Part shown: piece after piece, positions 27,255-35,129 of the stretch
Layout of the letters: every line of letters begins with the position of its first letter
How positions within the stretch are numbered: the first letter of the stretch is position 1
Origin: Candidatus Campbellbacteria bacterium
GTDB lineage: Bacteria; Patescibacteriota; Minisyncoccia; Phycocordibacterales; UBA1006
Direction of reading: 5' to 3'
Assembly (NCBI GenBank): GCA_002698305.1
Contig: NZWR01000006.1
Location: forward strand, 1-40,917
Length of the DNA: 40,917 bases
Notes under the pieces: generated by a model
Databases searched by the model: none
What the model was told of the DNA's origin: nothing
The model's input: the letters and a program-made list of their open reading frames with translations, nothing else
Program-made: the position numbers and the translations under genes

Positions 27255-29197
27255 AGGTCATCAATATTCTTAATTTTAGTAAGTTCTGGTTCGATGTAAG
27301 GATCTTTCTTTAGTTTATCAACGAATTCTCGAAGAGGTGCCTGTGCCAAGCAAACGTATTTATCAGATCCTCCATAGTACACACAGAGAACACCCTCACG
27401 AACAACAGCTCCGCAAGGATATGCCACCCCGAATTTATGCTCATTCTCATACCATTGACTTGGAGCCATGATTGGATAATTACTGCGGTACAAAACTTTT
27501 TCTGGATTTTCATAATCGAGAATCATTGCACCAACTTTGTATCGGCGATCATTTGACCCAGCACCCTGATATATAACAAGCCACCCTTCATCAATTCTAA
27601 TTGGTGCAGCTGCTATGGCTATTTTATGACTATCCCAGGAATCTCCCCGAGCTTTAATACATGCCATTTCCTTTAGGTATTTTTTTCCTGGACCGAAATC
27701 AAGAGTATCAACATAATCAATTCTAATGTGCGGCCATATCCTGTGAAATAACATATATTTTCCTCGTACTTTTTCTGGATGCAAGACAACATTTTTATTT
27801 CCTTGACCGTGATACGTGGCAATGTCTGTCATCGGCTGTGGAGTTTTCCAGTTCCATTTAGCATTCAAGAAATCATTTTTACTAATCGAAGTGATAGCTG
27901 GGCGGGCCTGCTGGTATCCATTATATGCTGCGTACACCATATACAACCTACCCTCGATTTCTGTTATTCTTGGATCTTCAACTCCATGCCATATATGGCT
28001 GTCTAAATAATTACTCGGGTAGTAATTATAACCAGATTTATAACGTCCTTTTTTGAAGGTTTGTATAATCCGAGAATCAATATTTACCCCTTCAAAATTC
28101 ATCGTTGGCACATAGATAGGGTGAGTTAATCGATCAAACACAATACCATTATGACTCTTTCCATAGCCAATAACAGAAAGTCCAGCTGAACCTTCGGCTC
28201 GATACAGTAAATGCGTAGTCGAATCTATTTGAATAGCTGTTGGGTTAAAGGTTGTATGATTTTCCCAGTCGTTATGAGGATGGGGTGCAAGAATTGGGTT
28301 ATTCACATACTTTTTAAGCATTGCTTTTTCAGGATGTGGATTTCGTCTCGAATATGGTTCATGCAAATCAAGTGTATAAATATCTTTAGCACGATCATCA
28401 TAAAAATATACCTTAATCATATCTTCATTAAGATACGCACCGATAGCTGATGCTGTTATCCCAACTGAAGATTGTGAAGCAAAATAATCCCAAAAAGGAA
28501 CTTCATCAAAAAAGGCTCGCCAGTGAATGTGTCCCAGATTATCATGATCGATAAGTGCAGCTCCAAATCGATGGGTTTTAAATCCTCGCATCTCATACGA
28601 AGCATCATAGAGAACAAAAATTCCATCAGGAATAACAAAGGTTCCCACGATACGCAAAGGGCTATGATCAAATGAATCATTTCTCGGACTCAAGCTTGTT
28701 GAATGATATTCAATATCACGATCTGATAAATCTAGCTTCCGGTAACAAATTTCGCCATGAAGCGAAGTAATCAATGCAACATCTCCATTTCTCTGTTCAA
28801 CAATTTTAGTGGCGTAGCCGTTAGGGCTCTCTACCATTGATTCAGCTTTAAATTGAATACCATGTTCAGAAAGGAGGTAAATGGTTTTATATTTATTTTT
28901 AACCGCCACGGTCATCACTAATGCAAATTGACCATTTTTTAATAACGTAGCATCAAGATCACGCATATTAGGAATATGTGAACGCAAAACCGTCGAGAAG
29001 AAAATCTCTCTTCGATAGACTCTATGAACAGTATCGCTTACTAAAAATAATCTCTTTCCTTCTCTGAGAAAAAAATATACCTTATTGTCAAACCGTGCTG
29101 ATCCTATAATTTCTTTAGCAGAAGAAGCTTCTTGTTTCACATTCTGAACAAAAAGTTTCTTCAACCAATAAATAATTTTTTTTAGTAATCCAATCAT
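27245..29197 (-). CDS. GH130-family protein with a divergent N-terminal GH130-like or propeller half
   Basis: The C-terminal half has NNPILAPHPHNDWENHTTFNP, VEDPRITEIEGRLYMVYAA, EGWLVIYQG and VYYGGSDKYV. The N-terminal half has GAALIDHDN only. Confidence 0.7.
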   Translation of the reverse strand: MIGLLKKIIYWLKKLFVQNVKQEASSAKEIIGSARFDNKVYFFLREGKRLFLVSDTVHRVYRREIFFSTVLRSHIPNMRDLDATLLKNGQFALVMTVAVKNKYKTIYLLSEHGIQFKAESMVESPNGYATKIVEQRNGDVALITSLHGEICYRKLDLSDRDIEYHSTSLSPRNDSFDHSPLRIVGTFVIPDGIFVLYDASYEMRGFKTHRFGAALIDHDNLGHIHWRAFFDEVPFWDYFASQSSVGITASAIGAYLNEDMIKVYFYDDRAKDIYTLDLHEPYSRRNPHPEKAMLKKYVNNPILAPHPHNDWENHTTFNPTAIQIDSTTHLLYRAEGSAGLSVIGYGKSHNGIVFDRLTHPIYVPTMNFEGVNIDSRIIQTFKKGRYKSGYNYYPSNYLDSHIWHGVEDPRITEIEGRLYMVYAAYNGYQQARPAITSISKNDFLNAKWNWKTPQPMTDIATYHGQGNKNVVLHPEKVRGKYMLFHRIWPHIRIDYVDTLDFGPGKKYLKEMACIKARGDSWDSHKIAIAAAPIRIDEGWLVIYQGAGSNDRRYKVGAMILDYENPEKVLYRSNYPIMAPSQWYENEHKFGVAYPCGAVVREGVLCVYYGGSDKYVCLAQAPLREFVDKLKKDPYIEPELTKIKNIDDLCI

Positions 29198-29206
29198 GAA
29201 TAATGA

Positions 29207-29557
29207 CTACCGATTATATTTATCTTCAAGACGAACAATATCCTCTTCATCAAAATGACCATATGCAATCTCAAGAATCACCACCTCATCAGTAGGTGCT
29301 GCGATTCTGTGTTGTTGACCTTGTTCTACAAAAATTTCCTGCTGAGGTTCTGCTGTAAAAATAGTATCCCCCAAAGTTATTTCCGGATGACCCTGAAGAA
29401 CAAACCAATATTCACCACGATGTTTATGAGTTTGAAGAGAAAGGATTTCGCCAACATTAACTCTTAAGGTTTTAACCGTAGTTGTTTCATTCAATGTAAA
29501 CTGTCGAAAACTTCCCCACGGTTTTTGAGTTACTTGTGATGGATTCATTGTATTCAT
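29207..29557 (-). CDS. Cupin, mannose-6-phosphate isomerase type II C-terminal-domain-like
   Basis: KPWGSF...LSLQTHKHRGEYWFVLQG cupin motifs at 116 aa. Confidence 0.65.
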   Translation of the reverse strand: MNTMNPSQVTQKPWGSFRQFTLNETTTVKTLRVNVGEILSLQTHKHRGEYWFVLQGHPEITLGDTIFTAEPQQEIFVEQGQQHRIAAPTDEVVILEIAYGHFDEEDIVRLEDKYNR

Positions 29558-29568
29558 AATACCATGTA

Positions 29569-30327
29569 TTAATTATAAGCCTCAAGGACATTGTTAATAA
29601 TATCCATGGTTTCCTCTGGTCCTGAAGTATCTTTGGTATCTATAGCAGTCTTCGTTGCGGCAAAATCATTTCCACCAGGTTTAATTTCATCGCCAATAAA
29701 CAATCCATTCTCAATTTTAAATGGAACATGGTCATAAAATTCATTAATACCGTAGGCCTTATCAATTCCCGCCAGCGTAATATCTATTGATGTAGTTCCT
29801 CCAAACTTAACACTAAATTCATCTTCTAAACCAGAAAGCAAACTAACAAGTTCTTTTCTCTTAGTATAATCAGGGTCCCATGCCTTTTTAATTTCAGGTA
29901 ATTGTTCTTGTCCCAAGGCTGAGAGTGTTATTTGCGAATGCCGATCTTCAATTTGTTCACCACAAAGAATACTTTGGTCGATATCAAATGAAGCTTGCTG
30001 GAGGGCGTTTTGAAGAGATGCAATAATTCTATCTTTTTGTTGTTGAGTTAATTCCAATTCATACACAATAGTCCAGTTCCCGCTATCATAACTTCTCATA
30101 GCAGAGCCGGTTGTTGGTAAAATATATATATTACCAAGATGAGCTTCGTCAGTAAGCTGATCAATAACTTGTTTTTTTATTTGTTGAAATTTGCCTCCCG
30201 TAATAACTACAATATTTACCATGGTACTCGCTCGAGATAGTAAGTCCGCCATCTGCTTACTAATTTCCTGCTTGGAGACAGCAAGGGTTCCATCTAAATC
30301 AAAAATTAAAGTATCGTATTTTTTCAT
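29569..30327 (-). CDS. HAD-IIB hydrolase / phosphomannomutase-like
   Basis: DLDGTL motif I, GGK, and GDEIKPGGND motif IV. The start at MKKYDTLIFDLDGT (30327) is preferred over the track start at 30411. Confidence 0.7.
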   Translation of the reverse strand: MKKYDTLIFDLDGTLAVSKQEISKQMADLLSRASTMVNIVVITGGKFQQIKKQVIDQLTDEAHLGNIYILPTTGSAMRSYDSGNWTIVYELELTQQQKDRIIASLQNALQQASFDIDQSILCGEQIEDRHSQITLSALGQEQLPEIKKAWDPDYTKRKELVSLLSGLEDEFSVKFGGTTSIDITLAGIDKAYGINEFYDHVPFKIENGLFIGDEIKPGGNDFAATKTAIDTKDTSGPEETMDIINNVLEAYN

Positions 30328-30366
30328 GTGCTCAGTATAGCAAGTCTTGCTATACTGAGCACATGA
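30324..30366. promoter_or_regulatory. 43-bp perfect palindrome spanning both divergent start codons, with mirrored TGCTATACT extended -10 boxes
   Basis: Base-by-base check: 21-bp arms around T30345. CAT at 30325-30327 and ATG at 30363-30365 are inside the arms. Confidence 0.7.
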
Positions 30367-30797
30367 GTAATAAAGAAATAGTGGTGGCAGTATCTGGAGG
30401 ATTTGATCCAATTCATATTGGGCACGTTAGATATCTAGAAGAGGCAAAGAAATTAGGTGATCGGCTTGTGGTGATTATTAACAATGATAATTGGCTTACA
30501 ACAAAAAAAGGTAAAAATTTTATGAACGAAAATGATCGTAAAGAAATAATAGAAGCATTTGCATGCGTTGATAAGGTAGTCATTACGCAGCACAAAATAG
30601 ATGACAAAGACCGCAGTGTATGCAAAGCATTGGAAGAAGTCATGCCTGATATTTTTGCAAACGGTGGGGATCGATTTGCTGATGATATCCCAGAATTTAT
30701 TTTCTGTAATGATCATAATATTGAAATGAAGTTTAATATCGGACATGGCGGTAAAGTTCGTAGCTCCTCTGATCTTCTGGAACGTTATAGTAAATAA
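30363..30797 (+). CDS. Cytidylyl/adenylyltransferase-family protein (RfaE-II/TagD-like)
   Basis: GGFDPIHIGH (HxGH nucleotidyltransferase motif) at 144 aa. Confidence 0.75.
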   Translation: MSNKEIVVAVSGGFDPIHIGHVRYLEEAKKLGDRLVVIINNDNWLTTKKGKNFMNENDRKEIIEAFACVDKVVITQHKIDDKDRSVCKALEEVMPDIFANGGDRFADDIPEFIFCNDHNIEMKFNIGHGGKVRSSSDLLERYSK

Positions 30798-30823
30798 AAA
30801 ACACTTATTCAAAAGTGTTTTTA
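30796..30823 (+). terminator. Hairpin terminator
   Basis: AAAAAACACTT-ATTCAA-AAGTGTTTTT. Confidence 0.6.
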
Positions 30824-30852
30824 TTATCATGAACATACGTAGTTACTGTCTG

Positions 30853-31164
30853 CTAATTGCGATGGGGGTTTGTATCATCATCTTTAGGTTTCCCCCACAT
30901 CCATTTAGGTTTTTCACCTTTTTCACGAAGAATCTTGAAAAAAGTTATTGTTAGCAAAATTGCAGGAATAATAAAGGTAAAAATGATTTCTCTTTTCGGT
31001 GATTCTGCATCAATTGTTAATGCAAAAATAATAACAAGACCAATATACACAAGAGTTACAAGCCACCCCTGCCACGTTGCAGGAATCCATCCCCAGCCAT
31101 ACAACTTTCGTCTAAACCAATATTTTTGAGGATTATCACTGAGATATTTTATATATTCTTTCAT
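30853..31164 (-). CDS. Small membrane protein (103 aa)
   Basis: Two or three TM segments. TGGTACAAT lies 6 nt upstream of the ATG. Confidence 0.5.
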   Translation of the reverse strand: MKEYIKYLSDNPQKYWFRRKLYGWGWIPATWQGWLVTLVYIGLVIIFALTIDAESPKREIIFTFIIPAILLTITFFKILREKGEKPKWMWGKPKDDDTNPHRN

Positions 31165-31239
31165 ATATAAATTGTACCAATAAGCTTCTTTCCATAAAAG
31201 AGTAACTATTTAATCTTACTTTTTTTGGAGAAAATATAG

Positions 31240-31248
31240 TGATATAAT
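31240..31248 (+). promoter_or_regulatory. Extended -10 (TGATATAAT) 8 nt upstream of the pilin ATG
   Basis: Read directly from the sequence. No Shine-Dalgarno sequence in the 8-nt gap. Confidence 0.5.
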
Positions 31249-31256
31249 TATTTGGT

Positions 31257-32003
31257 ATGAATTTAAAGAAAAAAGGATTTACATTAATAGAATTACTCGT
31301 CGTTATCGCGATTATTGGTATCTTATCAGCCGTTGTTTATACAAGTCTTGGAAGCTCAAGAGTTAAAGCCAAAGACGCGGCAATATTAACTGAAATGAAT
31401 CAAATCGCAACTGCAGTTGAATTAGAAACAAAAGCAACCGGTGATTACACTGATGTGTGTGATTTATTTGACGCAAACAACCCTCTTGAAAACTTAAAAC
31501 AAGGAGTTATTGATAATGGTGGAATCTGGGAAAGTTGTACAGATGATGCATCTTCATATGCAGTAGTGGTAACACTCAATGCACAACAAGCATTTAATAA
31601 TATCTTTAAAGCAGAAACAGTGCATGCACGAGCTTCGACAACAATGTGTCACTTAGTTGGAACACCAGAACAAGAAACTATCAATGTTATAGGAAGTACT
31701 TATGAACATACCCAACATGGTGATACGTATGGTCCATGTCCACCGCTTGCCCCATCTACCACATATGTTGGAGTTCATTCTCAAGATGAATCACTTCTTA
31801 GTGCTGAAGATATTAACAACCTGCGGCAAACAGAGGGAAGTAATTTTATTGAACCTAAGTACTACTGTACTGGGGCATCACCAACAAGTAGTATTGGTAC
31901 AGGGATTTTAAAAGGATATCTATATAAAATACCTGAAGGAGGTTGCGGATCCCCTGCTCCCTCATTCACAGCAGCCCAGTCTGCCTACGCTGAAAGAGAG
32001 TAA
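31257..32003 (+). CDS. Type IV pilin-like protein (prepilin N-terminal cleavage/methylation domain)
   Basis: KKGFTLIELLVVIAIIGILSAV leader and hydrophobic helix, with a Cys-rich variable C-terminus. Confidence 0.85.
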   Translation: MNLKKKGFTLIELLVVIAIIGILSAVVYTSLGSSRVKAKDAAILTEMNQIATAVELETKATGDYTDVCDLFDANNPLENLKQGVIDNGGIWESCTDDASSYAVVVTLNAQQAFNNIFKAETVHARASTTMCHLVGTPEQETINVIGSTYEHTQHGDTYGPCPPLAPSTTYVGVHSQDESLLSAEDINNLRQTEGSNFIEPKYYCTGASPTSSIGTGILKGYLYKIPEGGCGSPAPSFTAAQSAYAERE

Positions 32004-32011
32004 ATCTCTCT

Positions 32012-32040
32012 AAAAAAGAACCTCTTAATAGGTTCTTTTT
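32012..32040 (+). terminator. Hairpin terminator of the pilin gene
   Basis: AAAAAAGAACC-TCTTAATA-GGTTCTTTTT. Confidence 0.6.
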
Positions 32041-32063
32041 ATGTTGTGGAATTATATAACTTA

Positions 32064-32090
32064 TGATGTTCGAACTTTTGTAAAAGAAAA
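32064..32090 (-). repeat. Junction-module half-copy F (only the TGATGTTCGAAC-TTTTGTAAAAGAAAA part)
   Basis: Matches 34441-34467 and 121-147. Lacks the GCTGGCCGTTTGGG part and everything beyond it. Confidence 0.65.
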
Positions 32091-32123
32091 CTCACCAGGT
32101 AAATGATGAGTATGAGTTTAGAA

Positions 32124-32354
32124 TTAGGATAGAAGAATTTCTTCTGAGTGCAATCCACATATGAAAATTTCTCCTTTTGAATCAACTAAGTCGACAAATT
32201 TTTCCCAATAATCTTTAGGTAAGCCAGTTGCATAAAAATCTTTTACCTTTATTTCATGTATTTTGAAAGGGGTAATATATTTAGATGCATATTCTACTTG
32301 TTTTCCTGAATCTTTGAATACAACCTCGTCATCTTCATTAAAAGTATTTTGCAT
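32124..32354 (-). CDS. Hypothetical protein (76 aa), cassette 1
   Basis: Intact ORF between modules F and B. No family recognised. Confidence 0.45.
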   Translation of the reverse strand: MQNTFNEDDEVVFKDSGKQVEYASKYITPFKIHEIKVKDFYATGLPKDYWEKFVDLVDSKGEIFICGLHSEEILLS

Positions 32355-32422
32355 ATAGATTTACATTTAAATTGTTATTTATTTTTATTTGTTATTATAA
32401 TTTAATCATTATAAAATATATA

Positions 32423-32526
32423 AGTCAATATCTAACCTGTCTAGGATTCGAACTAAAAACACTATATGAAATATAGTGTTTTTAAGTAGAAAGTGTGTTG
32501 CTGGCCGTTTGGGATGATGTTCGAAC
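32423..32526 (-). repeat. Junction-module copy B (complete, type-1 hairpin)
   Basis: AGTCAA (-35 complement), CTAGGATTCGAACT, hairpin AAAAACACTATATGAAATATAGTGTTTTT (32455-32483) and GTGTGTTGCTGGCCGTTTGGGATGATGTTCGAAC. Ends at the stop codon of the next ORF. Confidence 0.8.
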
Positions 32527-32973
32527 TTATTTAAATTGAAATTCTCTTAGATAATCAATATATTCTTCTGGGAAATTATGAACTGATGCATGTTTTATGA
32601 TGTTTTCTAAATATTCTTGATTGGGAGATATTTCAATTTCAGGTATTGAAACATATAAATAACAATTGAGGAATTTGTTATTAGGAATTTGAACTTTTAT
32701 TGATTTACGAATGTAAGCACTAGGGTCTTCTATATAATCCAATGTATCTAAGTCCTCTTTTGAAATCTTATACACAATCCCATACACATTTCTCCCTTTA
32801 TTTGACTCTATACTTGCAACACCACCTTCGATATAGGTACCTTTTCTATTAAAACAAATATTATAATTAGAAATAAATCCTTTTGATAAAAATTCTGCTG
32901 TTGAGCATCGTTTTTTCATTCTCTGTTGATCTATATTAGAACCATAAGCAAAGTATAAAATACTATTTTTCAT
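32527..32973 (-). CDS. Gamma-glutamylcyclotransferase / AIG2-like family protein, cassette 2
   Basis: YFAYGSNIDQQRMKKRC N-terminal motif, VYGIVYKI...LDYIED core. TGCTATAAT lies 6 nt upstream of the ATG. Confidence 0.6.
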   Translation of the reverse strand: MKNSILYFAYGSNIDQQRMKKRCSTAEFLSKGFISNYNICFNRKGTYIEGGVASIESNKGRNVYGIVYKISKEDLDTLDYIEDPSAYIRKSIKVQIPNNKFLNCYLYVSIPEIEISPNQEYLENIIKHASVHNFPEEYIDYLREFQFK

Positions 32974-32987
32974 TTTATGATTATAGC

Positions 32988-33048
32988 AAAAATCACTAAC
33001 AAAATAAGGTGGTTTTTAGTTGCTGGCCGTTTGGGATGATGTTCGAAC
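32988..33048 (-). repeat. Junction-module copy C (partial, degenerate type-2 hairpin)
   Basis: AAAAATCAC...AAGGTGGTTTTT followed by AGTTGCTGGCCGTTTGGGATGATGTTCGAAC, which is identical to copies B and D over the arm. Confidence 0.7.
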
Positions 33049-33132
33049 TTATTTATCAAATCAAACCTTCGATTGAAGGTCTAGGTTACCACTATAATTA
33101 ACAAAATATAAATCTCAGGCATTTTATACTAA

Positions 33133-33162
33133 AAAAACCCGCACAAATTAATGCGAGTTTTT
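33133..33162 (-). terminator. Strand-specific terminator of the 33172..34263 ORF
   Basis: Minus-strand RNA CTCGCA/TGCGGG stem (one G-U pair) followed by a U-run. Confidence 0.5.
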
Positions 33163-33171
33163 AATGTAATT

Positions 33172-34263
33172 TTAGTTAGGACAAACCTGTAAACCTAATT
33201 GCTCTGGAATAGAAGGAAAACGTTTTTTGATTTCAGCAACAAGCTGTTTTTCAGCAGGAACATTTCCATATTGATCAATAATCGCAACAAGTGTTACTAC
33301 CTTTTTTTGCTGTATTTCAAACTTCTTCTTTCCTTTTTTAGTTTTAGTTTCTATCTCAACATCTTCAGTTACCACTTTATTAGCACACACAAGGGGGTCA
33401 TTATAAGCATCTAGTGCTGTTTTGAAACTCTTATAATTCACAGAAAAGCCGTTTTCATGAGCAATAATATATGTATTGATATTATTAATTGCGCATAAAC
33501 CAAGTTTTTGCTGAACTGATGCTGGTGCATCTGGTAAATCTAGCTTAACCTTTTCATCATTGTAATAAAAGTCTTCGAGTCCTTGATCAGTATTATTCGG
33601 CCATAAAACCTTTTTTCCGCTCTCTTGAAAATGTTTTCTTTCAAGGTCATAACAATACTTATAAGCATAACCTAGCAATGGATTAGTATAAGTCAAGATT
33701 TTAATTTTTTTCTTGATTGCTATATCTTCATCAGTGACCGCAAAGACACCGCAAAAAAAACTAACGATAGCAAGACTAAATAATACCCAACCTCCAAAAG
33801 TTATAAATCCTTCTGGCGATAAAAATTCAACAGCTAGTATAATCAATCCAACGGTATAAATAAGAAATGCGGGTAAACCATACATCCAATATTTATGAGT
33901 CAAATTAAGTTTATCAGCATTACTTAGATCTGCTTTCACCAAACCGTTATTGTCTATAGACTTAAAAGTGTAAAAAGGAAGCCCTTTTATCATCATTTTA
34001 AGAATATATTCTGGTAAAATTACCAACGGTTTGATACCTTTTTCTTCAAGTTCAGAACGATACTCCTCAATAGCGGTTTTTTCTACAGATAGTTTATTTT
34101 TGAGCATCTCTTTTCTTTCTGGGTTTACAAAATTTGAAAAAATTCCTGAAACTTTCTTTTTATCAAAGACAACAGAATTATCTTCAGCAAGCGTTTGAGC
34201 CATAGAATTTCTTGTATTTAAATACTCTGTTTCTAACTCTTCGGTCCATGTTTTTGTTTTCAT
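33172..34263 (-). CDS. Hypothetical protein with two central TM helices (363 aa), cassette 3
   Basis: Intact ORF with TTGACT-16-CATAAT upstream. Soluble N- and C-terminal domains flank the TM pair. No family recognised. Confidence 0.6.
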   Translation of the reverse strand: MKTKTWTEELETEYLNTRNSMAQTLAEDNSVVFDKKKVSGIFSNFVNPERKEMLKNKLSVEKTAIEEYRSELEEKGIKPLVILPEYILKMMIKGLPFYTFKSIDNNGLVKADLSNADKLNLTHKYWMYGLPAFLIYTVGLIILAVEFLSPEGFITFGGWVLFSLAIVSFFCGVFAVTDEDIAIKKKIKILTYTNPLLGYAYKYCYDLERKHFQESGKKVLWPNNTDQGLEDFYYNDEKVKLDLPDAPASVQQKLGLCAINNINTYIIAHENGFSVNYKSFKTALDAYNDPLVCANKVVTEDVEIETKTKKGKKKFEIQQKKVVTLVAIIDQYGNVPAEKQLVAEIKKRFPSIPEQLGLQVCPN

Positions 34264-34318
34264 AATCGTCGATTTTAGTTTTATTGATTTGATTTCATTA
34301 TGATGGCAAATAAAAAAA

Positions 34319-34467
34319 AGTCAATTAATTATTTAGCGATTTTTCGTTTGATATAGCAAACTAGGATAAAGTTCGAACCAAAAATCACCTTATCCTAGAA
34401 GGTGATTTTTAGATAAATATTTCTTGCTGGCCGTTTGGGATGATGTTCGAACTTTTGCAAAAGAAAA
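34319..34467 (-). repeat. Junction-module copy D (complete, type-2 hairpin)
   Basis: AGTCAA (34319-34324), CTAGGATAAAGTTCGAACC, hairpin AAAAATCACCTT-ATCCTAG-AAGGTGATTTTT (34380-34410), CTTGCTGGCCGTTTGGGATGATGTTCGAAC and TTTTGCAAAAGAAAA. Confidence 0.8.
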
Positions 34468-34493
34468 TCCATCAACTGAATCTTCTTGATGGA
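34468..34493 (-). terminator. Hairpin terminator of the 34501.. ORF
   Basis: TCCATCAA-CTGAATCTTC-TTGATGGA, then a T-rich tract on the minus strand. Confidence 0.6.
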
Positions 34494-34500
34494 TTATTAC

Positions 34501-35097
34501 TTAATTTAAATTATCAAATTTTTTTAATAAGCGATGATTATCTGTAAACGAGGGATTAGAGAAATAATCTTTGCTGTTCAAAAACTGTTGGTCGGTAATA
34601 CAGAACTTTATTCCTGAACTAAAACCTATTCCGAGTTTTTCCATATACCCATCTTCTTCACTGCACACCAACATAGAGTGGCATCTATCAGATGAATGAA
34701 ACCAGCCTAAAAAAATTGGAGGTTTGAAAGACGGGTTCCATAGAATTACGCTGTCCCAAAAATTGTTTTCTATTTGTTTTATAGTTGAAAATGGAATATT
34801 TTCTAATGAGTAGCTTTCAAGAGAATAATTTACTACACATCTATCTAATACACTTCGCACATTAACTTCGTATTCTTCCATGAAATTAGTTTCATATTCG
34901 TTCAAAGGGGATCCAACTAATAGTATTCTTTTCATAAAATTGTTTTTATTTACATAAAGCATAACCTCAAATAATTTTTTAGTAAAATTTTGTATCATAA
35001 AATTATTAAAAATAACTTGTATACAACATTCAAAAAATCGCTTAAAGATGAGGTGGTTTAATCTTTTGTAGGAAATTTTAAATAAAAAATGAGTCAT
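34501..35097 (-). CDS. Hypothetical soluble protein, cassette 4 second gene (start probably internal)
   Basis: The track start at 35097 lies inside the terminator hairpin of the upstream gene. In-frame ATGs at 34998 (TTTAAT 6 nt upstream) or 34935 (MKRILLVGSP) are more plausible. Confidence 0.5.
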   Translation of the reverse strand: MTHFLFKISYKRLNHLIFKRFFECCIQVIFNNFMIQNFTKKLFEVMLYVNKNNFMKRILLVGSPLNEYETNFMEEYEVNVRSVLDRCVVNYSLESYSLENIPFSTIKQIENNFWDSVILWNPSFKPPIFLGWFHSSDRCHSMLVCSEEDGYMEKLGIGFSSGIKFCITDQQFLNSKDYFSNPSFTDNHRLLKKFDNLN

Positions 35098-35110
35098 TTC
35101 TGACTCATTT
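35087..35110 (-). terminator. Hairpin terminator of the 35130..35939 ORF
   Basis: AAATGAGTCA-TTTC-TGACTCATTT, a 10-bp stem followed by a T-run on the minus strand. Confidence 0.65.
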
Positions 35111-35129
35111 AGATTTAAAATTAATAATA

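Noticed and set aside
32497-32526. The module arm, GTTCGAACATCATCCCAAACGGCCAG on the minus strand, read as a genuine tRNA 3' fragment (T-loop plus acceptor)
   Set aside because: It shares the trailer CAGCAACAC, a U1-A72-compatible acceptor-like NCGGCCA-G and a TTCGAA motif with tRNA-Gln. However, there are 5 nt too many between the T-loop-like motif and the acceptor-like end. No consistent T-stem can be drawn either. I keep it as tRNA-flank-like only.
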